Assembly: GCA_010356995.1 (NCBI GenBank) | Contig: ML996692.1 | Coordinates: 693,933-757,932, forward strand | Length of the DNA stretch: 64,000 nt | Reading direction: 5' to 3' | Origin: Trichodelitschia bisporula | Lineage: Eukaryota | Shown: positions 1-11,561 of the stretch, in pieces | Layout: each line of letters starts with the position of its first letter | How positions within the stretch are numbered: position 1 is the stretch's first letter | The notes under the pieces: model-generated | Seen by the model: the letters and a program-made list of their open reading frames with translations, nothing else | The model's database searches: none | What the model was told of the DNA's origin: nothing | Translations under genes and position numbers: made by a program

Positions 1-3000
1 CGCCGAGGATATTTTCGAAAGCAAGCTTGTTGAGGGAATGCTCCACGACAAGCCGCTTGTAGGCTAGACGGGATCGCAGATGTGCCTTGATAAGCAAAGT
101 CGCGCTTTCCTGGGCCTCTTTTGACAGCTCATCATCACCGCGGATAACGACGAGGTTATCCAGCATGGCCTCAACTCGAGTAATGACATACTCAGGGTGT
201 AGATCGCTGCGGCCACGATCCTTAATGCGAAACTTGGTCCTAGCACTTTCGATGACGCGAATGATATTCAGCGGGAGCTGATACTCTTCGTCGTCATTCA
301 ACTGCTCGCGCATAAATTTGCGCGCGTCCTTGAGTCTATCCCATTCTTCATCTAGGTAGCGCTGGACCTTGACATCGCCTGAAATCTCGGTGGCTTGCTC
401 AAGGATGTCGGAGGCGGGCATCTTCTTTGGATCCATGACATCCACGCGGAACATCTTCTCGAACTGGGCGTCGGAGCACTTGATGAAGTCCATACGCTGT
501 TTTTCAATGCGTTGGCCATCAAGGCCGTCCTCGCCATAGACGAACTGAACGATGTCACCGAGTGAGTTGCGCACAGTGCCGTCATACTTAACCGAGACGT
601 CTTCGAGAGCTTTGACGAGACGACGCTGAATGTAACCAGTTTCGGCAGTCTTGACGGCTGTATCAATGAGACCTTCGCGACCAGCCATGGCGTGGAAGAA
701 GAACTCGCTTGGCGTCAATCCGCGAAGGTACGAGTTCTCGACGAAACCACGGGATTCAGGAGAATAATCGTCCTTGGTGAAGTGTGGAAGCGACCGGTAC
801 TTAAAGCCAAACGGAATGCGCTTCCCTTCAACTGACTGCTGGCCGACCAAGGCTGTCATTTGCGAGATGTTGATATTCGAGCCCTTGGAGCCTGAACGAG
901 CCATCTGGACAGCGTTGTTGGCATCTTTGAGGTTTTCTGACGTCCTGGTACCGGCATTGTCACGAGCGCTGTTCAGAGCCTTTGAGACCTTGCTTTCGAA
1001 AGTCTCACGGATGTTCATGCCAGGCAGTGGCTCCAGCTTGTTCGCTGTAGCCAGCATGAGGATCTTTTCAACCTCATCTTTCTGCTCACGGATAGCGTCG
1101 TGAATGTCCTGCGTGGTTTTAGCGTCCGGAATGGTGTCTCCAATACCGATGCTGAACCCATTGTGCAAGAGCCAATGATTGACGATACGCTGAGTACCGT
1201 TGAAGAACGTAACAGTGGCCTCCCAGCCCAAGGTGTTGTAAATAGTGTGCACGACACCACCACCGGAGGCACCAACAGTAGACTTGGCAAAAAGGCCGAA
1301 GAGCAGTTCGCCATTCACGATGAGCACAGCGTCGTCCTTGAGAGGATGGAAGTCCTGACCACGCTGCAGGTTCAACCCTTCAGGCAGAGCCAAGCTAGCC
1401 ATCTGTTTTCCGGTCCAGCGAGGGCGCGGCTTGATAATGGCCGGATGCGGAAAGATACCGTCCCAGCCAGGCACACACATGAGGATTTTCATGACCTCTT
1501 CCTTAGTAAGGAAGGTGTCGCGACGGCAGAGCTTGTAGATGCCGCAGAGTGTGTCCTGCACAATACCCATAAGCGGGCCGTTGCGCTGTGGAGACACAAT
1601 CTGCAGGGGAACCATGCAAAGTTCCTTAACTTCCGCCCTGGTCTCCTCGCTCTGGGGAACGTGCAGGTTCATCTCGTCACCGTCGAAGTCCGCATTGTAC
1701 GGCGACGTGACTGAGAGATTCAGGCGAAACGTCGAATAAGGCATGACCTTAACTCGATGACCCATCATGGACTCCTTATGCAGCGACGGCTGACGGTTGA
1801 AGATGATGAAGTCTCCATCAATAAGATGGCGTTCGACCTTCCAACCATACTGCAAGGTGATTTCGCTAGCCTGTTTGTGATGCCGCAAATCGATGCGCTC
1901 TCCCGTATCGCGGATGATGTACTTGGCTCCAGGATGCTCGTTCGGTCCATTGCGTACATACTGGTGAAGTTTTGCGATGTTGTAAGGCGTGACAGTCTCG
2001 GGGTATGTCAAAATACGCGCTGTGGAACGCGGAACACCGACTTCATCGAGGGACAAGTTCGGGTCACCAGTAATGACCGTACGGGCGGAAAAGTCGACAC
2101 GCTTGCCCATCAAGTTCCCACGCAGGCGGCCTTCCTTGCCCTTCAGGCGTGACCGAAGAGTTTTCAAGGCACGACCAGACTTTTGCAAAGCCTGGGGCTG
2201 ACCAGCGATGTTGTTGTCCATATACGTGGCCACGTGGTACTGAAGCAGCGCCTCGAACTCGGTGACGACATGCTGCGGAGAGCCCTCTTGCTCGCAGCGC
2301 TTTACATTGGCGTTCGCTCGGATGATATCGCCGAGCTTGTGCGTCAAGTCGTCCTCACCCCGGAGACCTTGACCTGTACCGTCTACCGAAACGCTGGGCC
2401 GAACTGGAGGAGGCGGCACAGGAAGAACGCTGATAATCATCCACTCCGGACGGGCGTACTGAGTATTCAAACCGAGAGCCCGAAGGTCCTCATCAGTGAT
2501 GCTCTTGAAAATGTTCAGGGCCATCTGGGGCGTGATGGGCCGCTTCTCGACGTTGCGATCAGTCGTACCCTCTTCCTCGTCGATTTTGGCAGTTTTGTAC
2601 GTCCCGATAAGCTTGAGCCCTTCTTTACGAATCTCTGGCTGCGTATTGCCACAACCGCCGTGGCTCGAAGCCTTTTGACCTTTTTCAAGGGTTCCATCGT
2701 CATTCGCGTTGGGTTCGCAAAGAGTCTTGCCCTTGCAGAGCTTGTGAAGCGCTTCAAACCGGCGCTTACCGTCGCGGAATCTCATAGCTTCGGCATAGCC
2801 AGGATTGGACTAGGAGTACGTTAGCGGCAATTCGAGAGTGCCAACATGTCGCCCTGCAAAGGGCAACTGACATTGTCAACAAGAATCTTCCCGCAGTTGT
2901 GGCACACGGTCTCGAGAATTTTTTGTATCTTGCGAATGTAGCCTGCGACTAGTTAGAAAAGAATCTCACAACATCGTGCCATCATGACGGCCTTACCGAC

Positions 3001-3330
3001 GTGAAACACCGGTACAGCCAATTCGATGTGCCCAAAGTGACCAGGACACTCCTGCATGTTTTCGCCACAAGTCGCGCAGGAAAACGCGCGATCGATGGAG
3101 CCGAGTCTAGTATCGCCCAGGCCCTGCTCGCGAGGACGCTGCTTTTGGTCATCCTATGGAAAGTCAGCTTAAACCATCGTAATAACTATATCGCCACTAA
3201 CCATCGTCTCAGGGTACAGAATATGCACGACGCTCATGCCCTTGACATCTTCAGGCGAGAGCAAGCCGAACTGTATCTCTTTGATATCTCGAGGCTTCGC
3301 GCTCGAGAACGCGAAATTTAGGTTCGCCAT
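1..3330 (-). CDS. RPB1: RNA polymerase II largest subunit, 5' part; 3 introns near the 5' end; runs off the left edge
   Basis: Hand translation gives [34 protein letters not shown], the zinc-binding [21 protein letters not shown], and the catalytic [11 protein letters not shown] (~1666-1699). GT-AG introns at 3154-3201 and two more at ~2810-2997. Confidence 0.98.
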
Positions 3331-5460
3331 CTTGATGCGCTGGGGATGCCGGGACGACTAGACAGAGTGGTCTGTTGAAAGAGGTTGATGGAGCTGCTGG
3401 TCGTTGCCAGTGAAGATCTTGCGCCTCCTGAACGAAAGACTCTGCAACCAACGAAACCCTCCAAACGCGCCGCTGCTCGTGAAGTATCGAAAATTTCCGA
3501 ATGGAAAAACGCCCTTGGTGATGAAAATGGGTGTGGCAATGCGCTGACCGCGCAGGCCGCCGCGGCGGCGCTGAAAGCAAAGAAGGGCGAGGAGTCGAAT
3601 GGACGGTGGTAAATGGACGGCGCGCGTCTGTCGAGGCTCCCACTGCGTAAGGGGAGATGTACGTGTGGATGATGGCGTCTGTAGACGCTGAATCTATCCG
3701 ATGGAGGAGGGTTGACGCGACAAAGGGTGGCGAGTGGTGGTGATGAAAGAGGTTGGGTGATCGTGTGAAAGGATGCAGGAGAGTGACAAAGTAGTGCCAC
3801 GCCAAGCACCGTAAAGGTAGGTGACCGCATATGGCCTAGCGTCCCTGTAACTTGAGCCGCATCTTGGCAACGTGGTATGTATTTAAAGCCACTCGAACCT
3901 TCTCCTCATCGTGGGCAACATACCCACAAGCCGCAGCACTAACGATTGCACTCCGCGGTCGCACCCTGAGTCCCGCGTTGCTATGGCATCTTAACCCTTC
4001 ATCCGGTTCAACAATCAACGTAACTACTGTAAGAAGCTTCCTACTGACACAACCTAGCCTAGGTACTTCCTGGCAGCGATGCGTATATAAATCCATCCCC
4101 AAATAACTTCAGTTTCCAGGTGTTTCCACATGCTTGTACCCCGCATATGGCCCCACAGCCCGGCTTCTTGTATCTTACTACGGCATATCTACTACGTACG
4201 ACCTGATCTCCACATTGTGTCGACTTGGGATCCTTCAGCCTCCAGGGGCACGCATGATGGGCGTTAAGACGTGTTGAATGGCAATGGGTGGGGTAGTATG
4301 AGCGAGCGCAGTGCGCCAGTTCGAACTCTCCGATAGACATATATGACCTAAGCAACGCGGTCTGAAGCCAGAGGGCCGTGAGTGTTGATGCTGGCACTTG
4401 CCTCAACTAGGCCATCGGCATCCCAGATCTCTGCATCTTGCCATCCTGTTTACTTTGGAGAAGCAGTGCGAAGGGGCTTTGACTTTTAGGCAAGACCAGT
4501 GCGTGATGTGTGACGTCTTCCTCCATACACTCCCCATGCGACACTGATATAGGGCCGGTTCGCCTTCACTTTGCACCTCCATAATTCAGGGTGTTTCTGC
4601 GCCATAAAGACCCGTTCTGGGACAAACCGCAAGGGCGTCTTCACTGACCCCACTCTCTACCTAATGAGAAAAGTGGCACGTTCTTGTTGACTTACATACC
4701 AGTTCAATGGCCTACCCGTATACGGGTAAATACTGACTGTTGCTCCCAGACGCCCTCCATCATTGTAATGCAATTTTTCATATTTTATGCCCATTGTTTC
4801 CCGGTTTCCGACGCCACCCGAGTTCGAAAGGATACAGTTTCCATAAAAGGCAGCTGCCGCCATGGAGACGTCAAAGTCGATTAGCCAGAGTTGGAGAATT
4901 CCTTGTAGTTAAAGGGGAAGGCGGAGACCTCAGGGAAGCAATTAGAGTCAGATTATCAATCTGCGAGACGAATGTTTCCGCGATCCTCAGGAGCCTTTTG
5001 TTCGCCTGGTGCATATGCCTGTAACTAAGAGCCAAATGGAAAGCTGCCGGACATCGCAAGCGGAAACCATGCGGCTCACGGCGGCAGAATTGAGACAGAC
5101 GTCGCAATGTTACACTCAGTCGAAGATACCACCCAGCTACGGAGTTTAGGGCGATATTCAAGACCGGTTTGGTTGGCGTTAGGAGGTTCTATACAAGACC
5201 AAATTGAACGGCGTTGGCAGTGGCTCACAGTAGAACTAGAACTAGTTCTAGAGCAGCAATCTCCACGGACCCGGATAAATTGTTTTCCCACTGGTTAAAA
5301 AAATGGACACCATATCACGGGTTAACGCGCCAGCGCAACTCCATGAGCTAGGACTACTGCTTACGCAGTACTCAAGTCAAGAGACAAATATGAGCATCGC
5401 AGTCGCATTGATGATTTTACATTCTGACAAGCACCATTTTCTCACGTTTCACCTTCCAAC

Positions 5461-7092
5461 ATGAACGCCTCGCTCATCGACCCCGCGCTGCTTGCGCAAG
5501 ACTGCCCGGAAGCGTTGACAGGAAGCCTGCGTACGATTTTCCCTGGTCCTTCAATTCAGAACATCTAACTAACCTAAGTTCCGGATAGGTAGCGGCCACT
5601 CCACGTGCATTCGCTTCAGTCATCGCGGTGATCTGCTCGCTTCGGGACGCGTATGCCCCTCGTCTCATACATCTGAACCCACCTGACGATTTACAGTTTG
5701 ACGGCACAGTCGTGCTCTTCGACCTGGAAACGAATGGTCTGGCACGCAAACTTCGGGGTCATACAGCACAGATACAGTCCCTCAGCTGGTCATCAGACGA
5801 TCGATACCTGCTCAGCTCGTCGCAAGACTGCAAGGCTATACTCTGGGACCTGAAGGACGGCTCGCGCGTACGAACGGTCCGCTTCGAGGCGCCCGTCTTC
5901 ATTGCAGACTTGCATCCCAAAAACCAGTAGGTTCTGGGGCAAACACGTCACGGAGATTGATCTGATAAACCCCCATAGTCTCCTCTTTGTAGCGGCTCTA
6001 TTTGAGGAGCAGCCAGTGCTCGTCGACATATCTACGCCCGATCCTGTCAAGCAGGTCCTTACGTCCGCGCCCCACAGGTCTCAAATTGAGCGCGATAATC
6101 AAACTGAGAAGCAGGCGGCGCAAGATGCGAAGCAAACGACGACAGTCATCATCTTCTCGGCATCTGGAGCCCACATTATCGCAGGCACGAACAAAGGATG
6201 GGTGAATATTATTGATCCTAATACTTGCCAAAATCTGTACTCGGTTCGCCTCACGACAGGTGTGGTCATTCTCATCCGCCTTACCGCCTCCGGTAAGGAC
6301 ATGGTGGTGAATTCGAGCGATCGCATCATCCGTACCATTCCCTTGAGAAACCTCTCCAGCCCCGAGCTGGACTTTCACAATTTCAAACTGGAAGTCGAGC
6401 ACAAGTTCCAAGACTTGGTGAACCGCCTGTCATGGAACTGCATCTCTTTCAGTAGCACCGGTGAGTACTTGGCGGCCTCGACATGGATGAACCACGACAT
6501 TTACGTGTGGGAACGCGGGCACGGAAGCTTGGTTAAGATTCTTGAGGGTCCTAAAGAGGAGCTTTCCATCATTGATGTACGTATACATGTGCTCCTTTCA
6601 CGAGACCCAATTTGACCCCCGTAGTGGCACCCTCACCGCCCTGCCGTGGCCGCCGTAGGCGTCGACACTGGTCGCGTGTACATGTGGTCGATCCTCACGC
6701 CCCAACGTTGGTCCGCACTAGCGCCAGACTTCGTTGAAATCGAAGAGAACCTCGAGTACATAGAACGTGAAGATGAGTTCGACATCCAGCCACCCGAGGA
6801 GCTTCACAAGCGGCGCCTGGACCTGGAGGACGAAGAAGTCGATGTGCTCACGATCGAGCCGATGAAGAACGAGCACGAGCCCGGCCAGTTCCTCATGCCT
6901 GTCCTTCTGGACGTCCAGAACAGTGATTCAGAGGACGACATCGTGGCGGTGGGCACAGGGCAATTCCGCCGCAAGACGCCGGGCCAGGAGTGGCTTGACG
7001 ACAGTCAGGTGCCTGGCAGCGGTGATGAGGCGAGGAGGCAGACCAACGGTGCTAGCTCGAGTGCTCAGCCTGGACCGAAGCGGAAACGCTGA
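5461..7092 (+). CDS. SWD1: COMPASS/Set1C WD40 subunit Swd1 (RBBP5 orthologue), 4 introns
   Basis: WD repeats (LRGHTAQIQSLSWSSDDRYLLSSSQD), HKFQDLVNRLSW, GSLVKILEGPKEEL, and the RBBP5 hinge WSALAPDFVEIEENLEYIEREDEFD. Confidence 0.95.
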
Positions 7093-7683
7093 GGGGCACA
7101 TTGAGTTCGGGTACCTTGCATTTTATGGCGTACGGCGATGGGATGAGATATTTGACCCGGACATTGGCGAAGGCTGGCCTGGTCGATATTCACGAATATC
7201 ACATTATGCTCGAACGCATGGCTGTGGCGTTGTGCGCGGTTTGCGGTACTAGGACATGTCTGAAATATCATATCTAGAACTAGGGCTTCCTGTTTGGGCG
7301 CTAAGGACGGGTGTCATCATAGCTCAGCATGGGGTGTTCTTTGAAATACTCATGTACGCTTGTCGGCATCACCAATCTAGCCTAGCATAGTTCTCGTGGT
7401 GGCTGGAACAAACTGAAGTGGATTTAAACGTGCTTCACTCATAGCCGGTTAAATTGTAGAGCTAGTAAGGTTGGCGGAGCAGGGCGAAAAGTACGATGTC
7501 GTGTTGCTCAGCGTCCGTACCCTGATAGGCCCGAGTCATCATTTGAGGTCAAGAGACGGGCCTCTTCACAGCATTTGATTTACGTTTCTCAGATTCCTAG
7601 GAGACCCTCATGCTTCGCCTTCAGACAAGATCGGGGCCGTGGTATTCTCACGCAAAGCCTCCTTCCGTTCACCCCGGAGATAG

Positions 7684-9561
7684 CTAAGCCTTGTCCGGAT
7701 CATTGATCCCACCAGTCGTTATTACATAGGTCGCTTCCTTTTCAGGCATGTCTATCCGCTTAGAACTTGCGCATTTGGTGAAATAGGAGTGGTACCTGGG
7801 GAATCCTGCAACTTGGCCACTCGCTCATCACCACGTCCCTTCCGAAGAAGCAATCTCGTGGCCGAAGCATGGGCAAGAACATGGCCGCCGACAGGCTTGC
7901 GGCCATCAGCGCTAGCGAAGAGAGCACTCGCTCCAGGATCGCTCTGAACTTGGTTTGTCTATCCCCGTTAGCGCCACTTTGCTCACTGATGGAGTGCTCA
8001 ATCGTACTAAGAAGACGCAGATGTTGAACTCTTACTGGAGTGAGTAAGCGCTACGCATTTGGCACGAGGCATACCGTTGGCAATATGGTTCAATCGCATC
8101 AGAAATTGGCCCAGCTTCTGCTGCCTCTCAGACAACTCTCCACGGCCGACGTAGTCAACACGGAAGCAGGCCATGACGCTGTCAATTATCAGTAAGCGAT
8201 ATTCGCCTCCGATGAACTGTGAGCAGAGACTCTCGAGGAGCTCCAGTTGGTGCTGTCATATATGAGAAGGTGATTTCATGGTGTGGCCGAGGTGACTCAC
8301 TTCACTATTGACGCATCGGGCATACGTGATGTTCTGCTGGGCTGCCTCCGGATCGACTTTGCGACATAAGTATTTCGTATCAGCAATGCGCCCAGTACTC
8401 ACGCCCGAAGCGGTCCGCTATTTGAGCGATTCTGGCCGAATTAGCAACCCCCTACGGTGAGAAGCGTGGCGGAAACCTTGCCTCTCAGGCCGAAAGGTTC
8501 CTTCAGTATCTAACGGCCGTTAGCAAAGAACTACACTCGCGATCGCTAGAGCCTTGCCGATATAAGCAGCTTTGCCTTCAGCACCTCCCATGTCCTACAT
8601 TTGTGAGCGGCCCATCCCCGCAATCATGCCGATTTCGCAATCACCTTCGGGAGCTACCATACTCAGCACATATTCCACTCTCGTCAGTGATTGCCCTTAC
8701 CTGAGTAATGACACACATTGTGTGGCACAGCTGGGTTTTTCCACATCCTCAATACATGTCAGCCTGTGGGTAGCTGATGAGTGCTGAAGTGACGAATCTT
8801 ACGGAATTCACCGTACACCTGGAGACTTCGTGAGTAGGAAAATCCTTCACTCTGGACGACTTCTACGGCTTACCTCGCTGATGCTCATGCTCTGAAAGCC
8901 CCTGGGAAGATCAGCAGCATGTTCCGGAGTGACCGACGGGACGAACCCTCCGAGTATGGCATCAAGTTGCTTGCTCCCCGTCGAAATCTTTATCACCTTC
9001 TTCCGCATCTGTCCAAGCTCATGTGCTGTCATGAAGCCGTTCCCAGCGGGCTGCCATGCCAGCATGTGTGAGCCTATACCTCAGGACTGACCAAGAGATG
9101 CGAAAGCAAGCGCAGCAGCAACACTCAACTCCAAGACGGACACGCACCTGGCACTTCTTCACGGCCTCCTTGATCTTTTCGACTTTGATTTCACTGAAAC
9201 CCTTGATGTTTTCGAGTCTGCGACGCGTGGCTGCATGGACCGCCTAAAGGATTTGCGTTATTCGTCTGCTGGAACGGCCGCCCAAGCAGATAAGTGGATA
9301 GGCGTACAGCAATAGTGTAGTACCCATTCGCTTTCAGCTTGTTGATGTCCACAGCACCGATTCCTAACGAGATAAGTGCCTGGTCATCACTGGTGCGTTA
9401 CGCCAGCGTCCCCCAAGAAAGAACTCGTACCATGAGCCTGGAGGGTGTCGATGTCAACGATGAAGCCGTCCTAACAGAGCTTCAGCGACGAGTTCATGTA
9501 ATGAAGCCGGAGAGAAGTGGCATACATCCTCAAGATCATCCGAAGCCGCGGAGCCAGGCAT
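7684..9561 (-). CDS. DMC1: Meiosis-specific recombinase Dmc1, 17 exons
   Basis: Hand splicing gives [53 protein letters not shown] (Walker A), [23 protein letters not shown] and [45 protein letters not shown]. These match Dmc1 rather than Rad51. Confidence 0.95.
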
Positions 9562-10613
9562 GTTGGGTGTGAGACCTCACGAGCCTAGAAGAGAGGAAAG
9601 ACGAGACTAAGATGCCCTTTGGCCCTTGAGGTAAGTGCGAAATTTGCTAATAGTACAGCAGATGACGGAGGATGCAGAAGAGTGCCCCCGGATGAAAAGT
9701 GAAGAATCCAGATCTCCCAAGGGCCGGAGCGAAACTGATGCAGAAGGAACGACCCCTACCACCAACGCTATGGCGTCATCCGGTAACCCCTTCTATAAGC
9801 AGTTGCAATTCCTAAACCTGACCAACAGGATCACATACCCATTCCAAAAGGTCTGCTAAGAGGACCACCTCATACAATCAGGCCATTTACCATCTTACAC
9901 TCTGGTCGACGCAGGATCCCCGCCTGAAATGTTAGCCGGCCGTATTCTCCCTATCCCTTTCCACAACCAAAAAAAAAGATGACGGCAACCCTCAGCCCTC
10001 AGCCTCTCAAAGAGCAAACAGATGCAGCCAAATGCGGATCGTGGTATTCAACTTCGACTACCATAATTGAGCACGCAGCCAAACGTTGCCATTCGGGAAG
10101 CACATAAAAGAACCATCAAACAAAGCCACAGAGCGGGTACCTGAATTGTCCTAGCTCTGACCGACAACATAACCACCACTACCCCCTCTCCCTCAACCAC
10201 TACTTCTCAGCCCATCTTTCCCTCGCAGATATCTTTCAGCCTCCGCCTTGAAGCTCTAGCCGCCCAGGTCTCTGTTTTACTCCATATGCCCAGAATCGCG
10301 CAAGACGTGGACGGGTGTTGCTTTCGACCCCTCGAAGAGAGGTGAACATTAACAGGGATGCAAAATGTGGGTATCGGGATCTCGTGAAGAACTTTTTCGC
10401 TAGGTCGTGTAACGTTACGTTTGTCGGCGCCAGAGGGGAAAAAAGGCAGCCGATGGCGTAATGATCGTAATGCGAGGCGAACCAACAAAACAAAGGAAAG
10501 TAGGGACCATCAGGATTTGAATACACAAGCAAGAGAAGGTAAATGTCGCATGCGCCGGCCGAAAAACTAAGATTCCGGTTTACTGGCCCAGATGGAGCAA
10601 GATGTTCTCGAGA

Positions 10614-11561
<948 letters not shown>

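Noticed and set aside
774..3321. Long plus-strand ORFs over RPB1, and similar antisense ORFs over the acyl-CoA dehydrogenase, CDC20, GPH1 and eIF5B
   Set aside because: Antisense shadows of GC3-biased coding sequence; no independent motifs.
4657..5161. Short minus-strand ORFs between RPB1 and SWD1
   Set aside because: No recognisable domain or coherent exon chain.
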